Shown: in pieces, positions 10,007 to 20,139 of the stretch
How positions within the stretch are numbered: position 1 is the first letter of the stretch
How the letters are laid out: every line of letters begins with the position of its first letter
From: a virus
Taxonomy: Duplodnaviria; Caudoviricetes
DNA length: 63,955 bases
Direction: 5' to 3' (one strand)
IMG/VR virus record: IMGVR_UViG_3300048011_000824
Span: 1 to 63,955 of that record
Notes under the pieces: generated by a model
What the model was told of the DNA's origin: nothing
Seen by the model: the letters and a program-made list of their open reading frames with translations, nothing else
Database searches by the model: none
Position numbers and translations under genes: made by a program

Positions 10007-10577
10007 TATTATATATGTACAAACAAAACGATATGTATATTTTGATGCTGAAGGAGAAATTTTAAGCATCAGCAATCAAAACACTTCAGAAGGCTCCTTT
10101 GTAGAAGTTGAAATAGATCAAGTTATAAATCTAATTACTGGCAAGGAAGTGTTGAGTAATTATGTTGTTATGTTTGATCCTGTTACCAAACAAAACGTTA
10201 TTAGGCACAGATTTATTGAAGAAGAATTGCAATTTGATATCAACAATCAAATTTACAAAGTGCCAACTATTGCAGGACCACGTCCAGATTTTACATTGCA
10301 GCAAGACATAAAAAACAAAAGATGGAATTTTGTATTAGATAGTGTGTTACAAGAAAATTTAAAAAAACAAACTGTGAGATTTTCCAGCAAGTTGAATTTT
10401 AGTATCACCAGTAAAAATGATCCACACAACTTGTATCAGTATTTTGTTGTTGATTTAGAAAACCTAGATCCAGAATATGCTATTCCTTTTGTATCCGAAT
10501 CCGAGCTTGACATTGATGCAGTAAGCGTATATACTACAAAGAGACTAGAAACATATTATCACGAGGTTATCAAATGA
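9999..10577 (+). CDS. Hypothetical protein
   Basis: 192 aa and translationally coupled on both sides. Confidence 0.7.
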   Translation: MSDIIYVQTKRYVYFDAEGEILSISNQNTSEGSFVEVEIDQVINLITGKEVLSNYVVMFDPVTKQNVIRHRFIEEELQFDINNQIYKVPTIAGPRPDFTLQQDIKNKRWNFVLDSVLQENLKKQTVRFSSKLNFSITSKNDPHNLYQYFVVDLENLDPEYAIPFVSESELDIDAVSVYTTKRLETYYHEVIK

Positions 10578-11494
10578 GCAAATTTAGAGTATTGGATCAC
10601 GATATTATTTACTTGAGTTATGACGAACCTAATGCTGAAGAAAATTATGCAGACTTGTGTAGTAAAATTCCTTGGGCAAAACGTGTACACGGTGTAAAAG
10701 GATCTGATGCTGCACACAAAGCCTGTGCAGAGCTAAGTGAAACAGATCGCTTTATTACTGTCGACGGCGACAATATTATTCGCAAAGAGTTTCTAGCAAA
10801 AGAATTTGATTTAGAAGAACACAAAGAATTAAAAAATTGTGTCATTAGCTGGACAGCCGAAAACAACATCAATGGACTCATGTATGGCAACGGCGGAATC
10901 AAATGCTGGCCAAAAGAGTATGTGCTCAACATGCGCACACACGAAAATGCAGATCCAAACAACCCGCATGCACAAGTAGATTTCTGTTGGGATATTGAAT
11001 ACATTCAAATGAACAGTTGTTACAGTCTTATTATGAATAATTCTACTCCGCAACAAGCATGGCGTGCTGGGTTCCGCGAAGGTGTTAAAATGGCACTGGA
11101 TAGAGGCCTACGAGTTAGCAAAGAAGACTTTCACAAAAATCACTGGAAGAATTTACATCGTTTGTATATCTGGCTTATGGTAGGCGCCGATGTACAAAAC
11201 GGCGATTGGGCCATATTAGGAGCAAGGGCAGGACTATATATGACAATGTGTACAGAATGGGACTTTGTTAATGTACGTGATTTTGAATATTTAAATAATT
11301 TATGGTCTACTTCCTTTGCAGGCATTGAAGACATCGAATACGAAACAGGTATGTATGGCATTAAACTTATTAATGAGTTAGAAATACCAATTGCCGAAAC
11401 TCCATTTGGCGCCCAACAAAGTAAATTCTTTAAAACAGTGTATCAAAATCCCAGCAGAAATCCCAAACAACAATTCATAGACAAGGAAGTTTAA
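10574..11494 (+). CDS. Glycosyltransferase-like protein (GT-A/GT2-like; paralog of 43038-44072)
   Basis: Pattern YLSYDEPNA...RVHGVKG..AAH...FITVDGDN includes a DxD motif; YGNGGIKC and AWRAGFRE are also present. Confidence 0.6.
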   Translation: MSKFRVLDHDIIYLSYDEPNAEENYADLCSKIPWAKRVHGVKGSDAAHKACAELSETDRFITVDGDNIIRKEFLAKEFDLEEHKELKNCVISWTAENNINGLMYGNGGIKCWPKEYVLNMRTHENADPNNPHAQVDFCWDIEYIQMNSCYSLIMNNSTPQQAWRAGFREGVKMALDRGLRVSKEDFHKNHWKNLHRLYIWLMVGADVQNGDWAILGARAGLYMTMCTEWDFVNVRDFEYLNNLWSTSFAGIEDIEYETGMYGIKLINELEIPIAETPFGAQQSKFFKTVYQNPSRNPKQQFIDKEV

Positions 11495-12876
11495 TGTCGC
11501 ATAATACCGATAATCTCAAAGCGATTAACGAAGTAACTACGAGACATTTTTCTCCTACATTTTGCTTTGCTAAATGGTATCACACAACGATCTATTTACA
11601 AACAGGTGAGACACATAGTTGTTATCACCCTGCTCCTCATGCTATTGACGTAGATGAGCTACTAACCAATCCTAGCGCATTACACAACACCAAACACAAA
11701 AAACAAGAGCGCAAAGAGATGTTGGAAGGCAAGCAGTGTGTAGGCTGTAACTATTGTTGGAACATTGAAAACATGGGCGACGACTATATCAGTGATCGCC
11801 ATATTCGCAGCGGCAGCATTTACAACGAAGAACGTCTCAACGAAGTCAAACTTAAACCCTGGGACTTTAATGTTAATCCTGAATACATTGAAATTTCGTT
11901 TGGTAACGAATGTAACTTCCGTTGTGGATATTGTCATCCAAAAGCCAGCAGTCGTTATCACAACGAAATCAAACAACACGGGCCGTATACAAATGTTAAA
12001 AATCACCGTTGTGACATTGACTGGTTTCGTGTGTATGAAGAAGATACCAATCCGTATGTTCGTGCATGGTGGAAGTGGTGGCCCGAAGTTAGCAAGACAT
12101 TAAACATTTTGCGTGTCACAGGAGGTGAGCCTACAATCCAAAAAAGCACGTACAGACTGTTTGACGAACTTGAAAAAGATCCTAAGCCACAACTTGAACT
12201 CAACGTAAACAGCAATCTCGGAGGCAAAGAGCGTCAGTTGGAAAAGTTCACTGATGGCGTTAATAGTTTGCTAAGTCAAGATAAGATCAAACAGTTTAAA
12301 CTGTTTACAAGTGTTGACACCTGGGGACATCGTGCTGAATATATTCGCGACGGTTTGGACATTGAAGTGTTTGAACGTAACTTGGATTATTTCATGCGTA
12401 ATACCACAGCGCAAGTTACATTTATGATTACATTTAGCTTGTTTAGTGTAACAACATTCAATACATTGTTGGAAAAAATTCTCGAATGGAGAGAAAAGTA
12501 CAACGATGTAAACAGCGGACGTTGGCAACGTATTCACTTTGATACGCCCTATCTCAAAGAGCCGTTGCAGTATGACATTAATATTCTTCCCAAAGAACAA
12601 TACATGCCTTACATGGAAAGTCACTTGAAATTTATCAAAGACAATATCCAAGAAGGCAGTAAGCAACACTTTAATGAGCTGGAATACGAAAAGTTTAGAC
12701 GTGTTGTTGATTATATGAAATCAACTGAATATGCACCAGAAAAAATTGCAGAAGGACGCAAAGATTTTTGGAACTTTTTCCACGAACAAGACAGAAGACG
12801 TAATACAAATTTTCAAGAAGCATTTCCTGAAATGTCAGATTTTTTTGAATTGTGTAATAATGCCAGTAGTAGTTGA
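11494..12876 (+). CDS. Radical SAM protein with N-terminal SPASM/Twitch-like Fe-S domain (family A)
   Basis: CNFRCGYC and TGGEP; N-terminal FC..KW...SC...CVGCNYC; C-terminal D.RR...F...FPE. Confidence 0.9.
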   Translation: MSHNTDNLKAINEVTTRHFSPTFCFAKWYHTTIYLQTGETHSCYHPAPHAIDVDELLTNPSALHNTKHKKQERKEMLEGKQCVGCNYCWNIENMGDDYISDRHIRSGSIYNEERLNEVKLKPWDFNVNPEYIEISFGNECNFRCGYCHPKASSRYHNEIKQHGPYTNVKNHRCDIDWFRVYEEDTNPYVRAWWKWWPEVSKTLNILRVTGGEPTIQKSTYRLFDELEKDPKPQLELNVNSNLGGKERQLEKFTDGVNSLLSQDKIKQFKLFTSVDTWGHRAEYIRDGLDIEVFERNLDYFMRNTTAQVTFMITFSLFSVTTFNTLLEKILEWREKYNDVNSGRWQRIHFDTPYLKEPLQYDINILPKEQYMPYMESHLKFIKDNIQEGSKQHFNELEYEKFRRVVDYMKSTEYAPEKIAEGRKDFWNFFHEQDRRRNTNFQEAFPEMSDFFELCNNASSS

Positions 12877-13282
12877 TCTATCAAAAGAGTTTGATTTAAA
12901 AGATTTCTTAAAAGAACTCGAAGTCAGCAAAGACATCGAAGTAATCAACGGCGAGCCATTTTCAAGTTCTATTTTTAATACAGTACTTTCTGTTATTTCG
13001 AGACGAGTAGATCGCGAAAGTATTAAACTAAAATTCAGCACACAGAAATTAATGATTTCGATAATGGGTGCATTTAAACTTAGACGTATCTGCGGTGTTG
13101 ATATGACAATACACACAGATAAAATTGATGATGTGTTCATGGACAATTTTCGTATATTGTTCAAATGGAACAACAACTTTGAAAACATTAGAATAATTGT
13201 TTCAGACAAAAATCTAATAAGTATTGCAGAAGAAGAATTTAAAAAATACAAACAAAAAGTTGTAATATCTTATGAAGAATGA
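12860..13282 (+). CDS. Hypothetical protein, possibly a degenerate Cys-motif-free radical SAM barrel fragment
   Basis: Likely start is the ATG at 12860 (MPVVVDL). IEVINGEPF...IKLKFST resembles the GGEP and LRYNTN segments of neighbouring rSAMs, but there is no CxxxCxxC. Confidence 0.55.
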   Translation: MPVVVDLSKEFDLKDFLKELEVSKDIEVINGEPFSSSIFNTVLSVISRRVDRESIKLKFSTQKLMISIMGAFKLRRICGVDMTIHTDKIDDVFMDNFRILFKWNNNFENIRIIVSDKNLISIAEEEFKKYKQKVVISYEE

Positions 13283-14492
13283 TCATCTAAATAATAGTAA
13301 AACTTTTTGTATGTTTCCTTGGATGCATATGAATGTAACTCCTAAGGGCAACATATATCCTTGCTGTAGCAGTGACTATGTTGAGCCGTTTGCAAACACC
13401 AAAGACAGCACACTAGCACAAGCGTTCAACAACGATAAAATGCGACAGTTGCGACTCGACATGCTTGCGGGCAGAAAAAACGAAGCGTGTACGTTTTGTT
13501 ACAAGCATGAAGAAAGTTCGCCCCACAGTTTTAGAAAATACAGCATAGAACATTTTAGTCATTTGTATGACGATCTTGTGCCTAATACAAATTTGGACGG
13601 CAGTGTTGACAAATTCAACATGGCGTATTTTGATGTAAGATTCAGCAACATTTGCAATTACAAATGCAGAACTTGCGGAGGAGAATTCAGCAGTCAGTGG
13701 GCACAAGAAGAAAAACAACACGACAATAGAGAAAGTAATTTTCGTGTAATACAACATGCCGACAGCACTGGAAAGTTATTACAGGAAATATTAAATCAGA
13801 TTCCTCATATGGAACTGGCTTACTTTGCCGGAGGCGAACCTCTTATCACAGACGAACATTACACAATACTTACAGAAATGATTTCCAGTGGCGCCTGCAA
13901 AGATATCACATTACGCTACAACACAAACATGAGCAACTTTAAATATAAAAAGTTTGATATCATTGACATGTGGAGCAATTTTAAACGTGTAGAAGTTAGT
14001 GCAAGTATTGATCATTATGGGCCACGTGCAGAATATATTAGACACGGCACTGATTGGAATACTGTGTACAATAATTTAAAACAAATTAGAGATATTGACT
14101 TTATTGATTATCAGTTTAATTGTGTACTCAGTAATTTAAATTATGCAACACTTGGCGATTTTTTCAAATATATGATCAACAATGATTTGTTACGCAAGCA
14201 CGATTATATAAGTGTGTATCATCTGTTAAATCCAAGTTTTTTCAGTGCACAATCTCTGCCACAGCACATCAAAGATGCTGGTACAGAAAAGTTGCAGAAC
14301 GTAGTAGATCAAATCAAGGATGAATTTTGGTGTGCACAGCACATAGAGAACGCAATTAAGTTTGCAAATCAACATCACACTTGGCAAGAAAACAAGCAAG
14401 AGTTTATACATAATATAAACAGGAGAGACAAATTCCGCAATGAAAGTTTCGCACAATCTCTTCCGGAATTAAAAGAAATGTTAAATGGATAA
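13272..14492 (+). CDS. Radical SAM protein, family A (N-terminal auxiliary Fe-S domain)
   Basis: FCMFPW...YPCC...CTFC, then CNYKCRTC and FAGGEP. Confidence 0.9.
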   Translation: MKNDHLNNSKTFCMFPWMHMNVTPKGNIYPCCSSDYVEPFANTKDSTLAQAFNNDKMRQLRLDMLAGRKNEACTFCYKHEESSPHSFRKYSIEHFSHLYDDLVPNTNLDGSVDKFNMAYFDVRFSNICNYKCRTCGGEFSSQWAQEEKQHDNRESNFRVIQHADSTGKLLQEILNQIPHMELAYFAGGEPLITDEHYTILTEMISSGACKDITLRYNTNMSNFKYKKFDIIDMWSNFKRVEVSASIDHYGPRAEYIRHGTDWNTVYNNLKQIRDIDFIDYQFNCVLSNLNYATLGDFFKYMINNDLLRKHDYISVYHLLNPSFFSAQSLPQHIKDAGTEKLQNVVDQIKDEFWCAQHIENAIKFANQHHTWQENKQEFIHNINRRDKFRNESFAQSLPELKEMLNG

Positions 14493-15759
14493 AGAATATC
14501 ATCTAAAGCAAAACTCTGCTTTTTGCATACTGCCTTGGATACACATGCACGCCTGGCCAAACGGAAAAGCATTGCCTTGCTGTATTGCAGACAGTGATCA
14601 GCCATTTGGCGATCTCAAGACTGACAGTATAGAAGATGTCTGGAACAGCGAACAATACAAGAAATTACGTGTTGCTATGCTCAATGGCGAAAAGTTAGAT
14701 TGCTGCAAACGTTGCTATGAACTTGAGGACAGTACATGGACGTGGACGTTGCGTAAAAACAGCAACGAATGGTTTGGCAACAAACATTTTGATCTTGTAA
14801 ACAACACAACCGAAGATGGTAGTCTTACTGAAATGCGCATGGCATATATGGATATTAGATTCAGCAATATATGCAACATGAAGTGTCGTAGTTGTGGCCC
14901 TGAGCTTAGTAGTTTACATGCACAGGAACATGGAGAATTATACGGCAAACACGAAGTTGCAAAAATGCTGAAAAACAACGGCAGTACAGTTGTTAACATT
15001 GCCAAAGAAAACAACTACTGGGAGAACCTACAACAATACTTGCCAGATGTAGAAGAAGTATACTGGGCAGGCGGCGAGCCACTTATTACAAACGAACACT
15101 ACAAAATACTGGATCACTGGATTGACATTGGCAAAACTGATGTACGTTTGCGATACACCACCAACTTCAGCAACATGCGATACAAGAGCAAAAGCATATA
15201 CAGTTATTGGGAACAGTTTGGCGATGTACAAGTTAGTGCAAGTCTTGATGCAAATGCCGCTCGGGCAGAGTTTATGCGCACCGGCACTGACTGGCAGCAA
15301 ACAGAGCGTAATCGTATTGAAATGATAGAGCGTGTGCCGCATGTGCACTTTGAAATTACTCCGACTATAAGTTTGTACAATGCATGGAACTTTCCAGACT
15401 TTCATATGGATTGGGTCGAACGTGGTTTAGTAGACATTGAAAAATGCAGGCTCAACATGCTAACCGGTCCAGACTTTATGCGTATTGATTACATTCCAGA
15501 AGAGTACAAGCGTGAACTACGTGCCAAGTATATTGATTATAAAAAATGGGCATACGAAAAATGCAACGGCGACACTGACAAGATTCGAGAAGTATTAGGA
15601 CATATTGATAGTGTAATACAGTTTATGAATATCGGTTCTTACAATCAACAAAAACTTAGACAGTTCTTTGACAATAATCATAGGTTAGATGTGCATCGCA
15701 AAGAAGATTTTTGGGCAGTATTTCCTGAGTTAGGATGGTTACGTGAACACATTAACTAA
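14485..15759 (+). CDS. Radical SAM protein, family A
   Basis: FCILPW...LPCC...CCKRC, then CNMKCRSC and WAGGEP. Confidence 0.9.
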   Translation: MDKEYHLKQNSAFCILPWIHMHAWPNGKALPCCIADSDQPFGDLKTDSIEDVWNSEQYKKLRVAMLNGEKLDCCKRCYELEDSTWTWTLRKNSNEWFGNKHFDLVNNTTEDGSLTEMRMAYMDIRFSNICNMKCRSCGPELSSLHAQEHGELYGKHEVAKMLKNNGSTVVNIAKENNYWENLQQYLPDVEEVYWAGGEPLITNEHYKILDHWIDIGKTDVRLRYTTNFSNMRYKSKSIYSYWEQFGDVQVSASLDANAARAEFMRTGTDWQQTERNRIEMIERVPHVHFEITPTISLYNAWNFPDFHMDWVERGLVDIEKCRLNMLTGPDFMRIDYIPEEYKRELRAKYIDYKKWAYEKCNGDTDKIREVLGHIDSVIQFMNIGSYNQQKLRQFFDNNHRLDVHRKEDFWAVFPELGWLREHIN

Positions 15760-16702
15760 AATTACTCCTATGGCAGAACCGTATGCATGCCTCACATGGC
15801 AAGTGAACAATTTCTGTAATTTTCAATGTAGCTATTGCAATCCTGGCAACTGGGCAGGCGACAATCGCAACAATGGCGCATTAGAGCGTTACAAAGAAAA
15901 CACAATGCATATATTTGATACATACAAGCAACGTGGATACAAGCATTTTAAAGTTTTCTTTAGCGGCGGAGAGCCAACACACTGGGAAAACTTTATACCT
16001 TTGGTGACTTATCTCAAAGAACAAATACCCAATATTACTGTTGCAGTAAACACAAATCTATCACGTCCTTTAAAGTATTGGCAAGAACATCATTATTTGT
16101 TTGATGATATTGTAGCCAGCTTTCATGTAGAGTTTGCCAAGAAAGACAGATACATTGAAAATGCTGTTTTTTTATGCGACAAAGTAGATTATCTATGCAC
16201 AAAGATGTTGATGCATGACGAAAGGTTTTGGGAAGTTGTAGAATTTGGAGAACGTGTGCGCAAGGAAGTTCCTAATTACAATTTAGAATGGACCCCGTTG
16301 TTTGATGAAATGAGTGTAAACGCAGGACCGTGGAATTATACAGATCCTGTAAAACAAAACTTTTTAGAAAACTCGCAGTTTGAAACTGTAATGCGCATAC
16401 CCAAACCTTACAAGGACAGCAAAGCAGTTAGTGTTGCACATTACGATACACACAGCGAGCCAGTTAACAGCAACAAGATTATTTCAGATAGACAGAACTT
16501 TTTTACAGGCTGGAAATGCTATGTGGATGATGCACTTTTTATAAATCCACGAGGAGAAATTTCAAGTGCCAGTTGCGGTGTTGGAAACAATCATGGAAAT
16601 ATATTAGATAACAACTTGACATTTGACTTAAAGCCTGTTATTTGTAGTAAGCAGCATTGTCATTGCGGCACTGATATTATCATTCCAAAAGAGCAAGTAT
16701 GA
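15743..16702 (+). CDS. Radical SAM protein, family B (C-terminal SPASM/Twitch-like)
   Basis: CNFQCSYC, SGGEPT and SFHVE; C-terminal FTGWKC...SC...ICSKQHCHC. Confidence 0.9.
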   Translation: MNTLTKITPMAEPYACLTWQVNNFCNFQCSYCNPGNWAGDNRNNGALERYKENTMHIFDTYKQRGYKHFKVFFSGGEPTHWENFIPLVTYLKEQIPNITVAVNTNLSRPLKYWQEHHYLFDDIVASFHVEFAKKDRYIENAVFLCDKVDYLCTKMLMHDERFWEVVEFGERVRKEVPNYNLEWTPLFDEMSVNAGPWNYTDPVKQNFLENSQFETVMRIPKPYKDSKAVSVAHYDTHSEPVNSNKIISDRQNFFTGWKCYVDDALFINPRGEISSASCGVGNNHGNILDNNLTFDLKPVICSKQHCHCGTDIIIPKEQV

Positions 16703-17301
16703 ATTTACAAAACTGGACAAGATTTTACAAATACAACAATTTAGATCGTGCAGATCAAAATTCTGTGTATGTTCCTTATATAAGTCCTGACAAAAAAACA
16801 TTTTGCATGGATTACAGCAATTCGTCAGAATTCTTTTTTGACAACGAAGTGCGCTGGCTGGAACATTTGCAAAACGAAACATATGCTCCTGAATTGATTG
16901 ACATTGATAAAACGCACAAGTACATCACGTTTGAGTGGTATGATTCTAGCGTAAATCACTTGATGTTCGATCATAAGTTTACCCAAATAGAACAAGCACA
17001 ATCTACTTTAGCTGTATTAGAAAAACAAAACATTATAAAGTTAAATTACTTTCCTCACACTTGCTATATTGACAACAATAACAATTTTAGAATACACGAT
17101 CTATATGCATGTGCAAGTGTAAATAATTCTCAAATACCTTTTGATAAGATTGAACACTCGTTAAGTGATATTACAAAATTTTATTATCAACAACATGTAA
17201 ACAATGGAATTGTTGATTTAAAAAGAGTACATGCTAGTATGATTGCAAAAAATCAAGGAGATTGGCCTCAGTGTCTAAAAACAACTTTAGTCATGTATTA
17301 A
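16699..17301 (+). CDS. Protein-kinase-like fold protein with degenerate catalytic motifs
   Basis: FF.NEV.WL..L......PELIDID....ITFEWY and KLNYFPHTCYID...RIHDLY follow kinase subdomain order. Paralog of 40742-41422. Confidence 0.45.
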   Translation: MNLQNWTRFYKYNNLDRADQNSVYVPYISPDKKTFCMDYSNSSEFFFDNEVRWLEHLQNETYAPELIDIDKTHKYITFEWYDSSVNHLMFDHKFTQIEQAQSTLAVLEKQNIIKLNYFPHTCYIDNNNNFRIHDLYACASVNNSQIPFDKIEHSLSDITKFYYQQHVNNGIVDLKRVHASMIAKNQGDWPQCLKTTLVMY

Positions 17302-18005
17302 TAAACGGGTGCAGTCACAGTGCTGGTAGCGAAATCGAAGGCAGCGGCATAGGCGAGGGTAACTACAACAGAGAAAATTCTTTTGGTGCCCAGTTTGCAA
17401 AGCAACTAGGCTGTACATACACAAACATTGCATATCCGGGTGCTAGCAACGACTACATAGCTCGTACAACATTATATTGGATGTTAGACAACAAAGAACT
17501 TGCAAAAAACACATTGTTTCTTATACACTGGACAGGCACAGATAGAACAGAATATTTTTACGATGCAGGCAGCACTACTGCATTTGATTTTATTCCATTT
17601 AGGCCTGATACAAAAGTAACACATTTGCATCCACAACATTATCCTGAATGGGCACCAAGTCAGTGGCAACGTAACTTAGATGTTTTGAGCAATCATTTGT
17701 TTATCAATCCAGTGCAGTGGAATATTAACCGATACAATAATATTATACAAACACAGGAATTTTTAAAAGCCCACGGGTGTAAATATGTATTTAGAAATGC
17801 ATTTCAGTGCTGTGACACTTCTGCTAGATATACTTATTATGCACAACGAATTGACAAACAGCATTTCTTAGATTATGATAATGCAGAAGAGAGTTTCTAT
17901 GAGCACTGTTTAAACAAAGGATATGGAGTAGAAGGTCAGCAATATTGGCACCATAAACTAGATGCACATACTTATTGGGCCAATCGTTTGTTTAGCTTGT
18001 TGTAA
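17271..18005 (+). CDS. SGNH/GDSL-like hydrolase or acyltransferase
   Basis: INGCSHSAG (block I-like), NIAYPGASN (block II) and a C-terminal His. GTG 17271 is better spaced from the AGGAG than TTG 17262. Confidence 0.6.
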   Translation: MSKNNFSHVLINGCSHSAGSEIEGSGIGEGNYNRENSFGAQFAKQLGCTYTNIAYPGASNDYIARTTLYWMLDNKELAKNTLFLIHWTGTDRTEYFYDAGSTTAFDFIPFRPDTKVTHLHPQHYPEWAPSQWQRNLDVLSNHLFINPVQWNINRYNNIIQTQEFLKAHGCKYVFRNAFQCCDTSARYTYYAQRIDKQHFLDYDNAEESFYEHCLNKGYGVEGQQYWHHKLDAHTYWANRLFSLL

Positions 18006-19294
18006 AACTTACTGAGTTTTTGTATGTGATTGTAGTTGTGCAATAGCTTTGGCAACATTGACTTATACATCTTACGAAGTGTTTTTACGTCATATTGATT
18101 TATGTAATCAATTGTTTCGGTGACTTTTGCAAGTCTATCAACATTGCTGGTTATATTGTCGTAGTCTTCTGGCCAGTATTCTTCAAACGTTTGAAATCCC
18201 ATTTCGTGTAGCATTTTTAATGTTCCTGGCGCAGCACACATCACAAAAGGCCTCAATGCTTTGATAGCATTTAGTGTTTTTTCACTGACATTTGGCCAAG
18301 GCTGTGTGACACGACTTTCCTGTACAATAGCACAAAAACATTGTTCGTAACTGTCAACTGGATCTTGCGTAGTACGCTGATTGTACTGCGGCCCAGTATT
18401 AAAGTCCGGGTCGCCATTGGTTTCGCATAACACAGGATTTTTAACTTCAAACGACAGCGGAACTTGTTGTTGTAATAATTCGTTGCCAGCTAGTAATTTT
18501 TCACTTAGTACAGGATGCCGCGATGAAAACTTGTTCCAATCAAACCACATTCTGTCAATCATTTCTTGATTACTAATTTTAAAATAAAAACTTATTTCGT
18601 TGTTTAATGTTAAGTTTTCAGCAGCAAGGTAGCTGACCATAAAATGCCTACTAGGGTCATATCTCCATGCCCCGCTCCAAAACTTTTTTTGTATTTTCTT
18701 TACAAAAATAGGAGGGTAAATATCTCCGGGCATTAGCCCTTTGCGATTGTAATCTTCTTGTATTTTAAATCTACTGCTGTACCAGCTTACAAACAGATCC
18801 ATACTTTTGAGAGTTATATTTTTATAAATGGTTTTGTAGTATTCCCAGCTGCGATGATCTGTGCAGTACACATGTAAATTTATATTGTTTTCGCCTGCCC
18901 ATTTGTCTAACGTATCCAATTCGTAACAGCGTATTTTGTTGACTTTCTCGGGCTCGTTGTCAATTTTCATAATATGCGGTTCAAGCAATCCGTTGTTGTT
19001 GGGAATGTAATGTGTTAGTACCTCAAAAAAGAAGAAATCAACTTGCTGTGTTTGTAAAACTTTTTTGTGTTTTTCAGTAACAAATAGTTTATCTAAGTTT
19101 GGAACATTGTGTGTTCCGTTGTAAATTACAGTAGGATTAGGATGCGTAATAATAAAACTCTCTTTAACAAGATCCATTAATCCTTCAATTTTTCCAATAG
19201 AAGTTAAACTGGTGCGTTCGCCATTGTGCTGTATTAACTCCGGCAAAAGTTTATTACGAGGTAAAAAATAAAGAGCGTTGAACCAGTCCTGCAA
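17972..19294 (-). CDS. Putative glycosyltransferase (GT-B, GT10-like 'E..EKT' motif)
   Basis: TTG start with an AGGAG RBS. CAIVQES......VSEKT..AI...RPF......L..L..MGFQTF...W..DYD resembles the GT10 donor-binding motif. Confidence 0.5.
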   Translation of the reverse strand: MQDWFNALYFLPRNKLLPELIQHNGERTSLTSIGKIEGLMDLVKESFIITHPNPTVIYNGTHNVPNLDKLFVTEKHKKVLQTQQVDFFFFEVLTHYIPNNNGLLEPHIMKIDNEPEKVNKIRCYELDTLDKWAGENNINLHVYCTDHRSWEYYKTIYKNITLKSMDLFVSWYSSRFKIQEDYNRKGLMPGDIYPPIFVKKIQKKFWSGAWRYDPSRHFMVSYLAAENLTLNNEISFYFKISNQEMIDRMWFDWNKFSSRHPVLSEKLLAGNELLQQQVPLSFEVKNPVLCETNGDPDFNTGPQYNQRTTQDPVDSYEQCFCAIVQESRVTQPWPNVSEKTLNAIKALRPFVMCAAPGTLKMLHEMGFQTFEEYWPEDYDNITSNVDRLAKVTETIDYINQYDVKTLRKMYKSMLPKLLHNYNHIQKLSKFYNKLNKRLAQ

Positions 19295-19314
19295 AAGTAT
19301 TCTCCTATGTGAAT

Positions 19315-19334
19315 TAAATACGTATATATTTATA
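19315..19334. promoter_or_regulatory. Back-to-back late-type promoters
   Basis: TAAATA on + (19315-19320) and TATAAATA on - (19334-19327) lie in the 50-bp divergent gap. Confidence 0.55.
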
Positions 19335-19344
19335 AGGAATAAAC

Positions 19345-20139
19345 ATGCACGGCTTGCATTTTAATAAAAACTATCCATTGTTAACTGATCAAGAAGTTGT
19401 TGGCTCTAAACAAAAATTTTACAGCACTGATGATAGCAAAACATTCAAGTATAATTGTAAAAAATTCCAAGGCAAGGATTGGCAATGGCGTAATGCTGAT
19501 ATATCGTACTCGTTTAATTCGCATGGATATAGAACAAAAGAATTTGGTGATGTTAACAAAGACTTCGTGTTAGGCTTTGGGTGTAGTTATACAGAAGGAG
19601 TAGGCTTGCCCAAGGAGGATATATGGCTCCATCAGTATTGTGAAAAATTAGGAATTGATTATGTTAATTTAGGCAAAGCCAGCACTGGAATGGACATTCA
19701 ATATTATAATACATTGTTGTGGAGAAACAGCAAATTGCCATTGCCTAAATTAGTAGTATGTCAGTGGCCGCAAAAGTTTCGAAAAAGTTTTGGATTTCAA
19801 GAAAGAGATTCAATAAGACTTTCTGACATGAGCGAAACTCCTACCAAAGACGGGCAATGGTGGGGAAAGCGTTATATCATGGACGAAGGCGAAATGAACA
19901 TAAACACATTAGGATGGTTTCTAGCAATGAACAATACGTGGAAAAGTCTTGGAGTGCCTGTGTTGAACTTTAGTTGGGAGCACGATATTACCGAAGACTT
20001 GAAATTCACAGAATATGATATACATTTTGTAGATCCTGCCGGGGTAGGTAGTATGCAAGCTCGTGATTGTATGCACGATGGCCCAGAGTTTCACAAACTC
20101 ACAAGTGATCAGCTATTAAGTATTCCGCACAAGATCTAA
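19345..20139 (+). CDS. SGNH-like hydrolase or acyltransferase
   Basis: FNSHGYR, FGCSYTEG, NLGKASTG and a C-terminal RDCMHDG (DxxH). Confidence 0.65.
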   Translation: MHGLHFNKNYPLLTDQEVVGSKQKFYSTDDSKTFKYNCKKFQGKDWQWRNADISYSFNSHGYRTKEFGDVNKDFVLGFGCSYTEGVGLPKEDIWLHQYCEKLGIDYVNLGKASTGMDIQYYNTLLWRNSKLPLPKLVVCQWPQKFRKSFGFQERDSIRLSDMSETPTKDGQWWGKRYIMDEGEMNINTLGWFLAMNNTWKSLGVPVLNFSWEHDITEDLKFTEYDIHFVDPAGVGSMQARDCMHDGPEFHKLTSDQLLSIPHKI

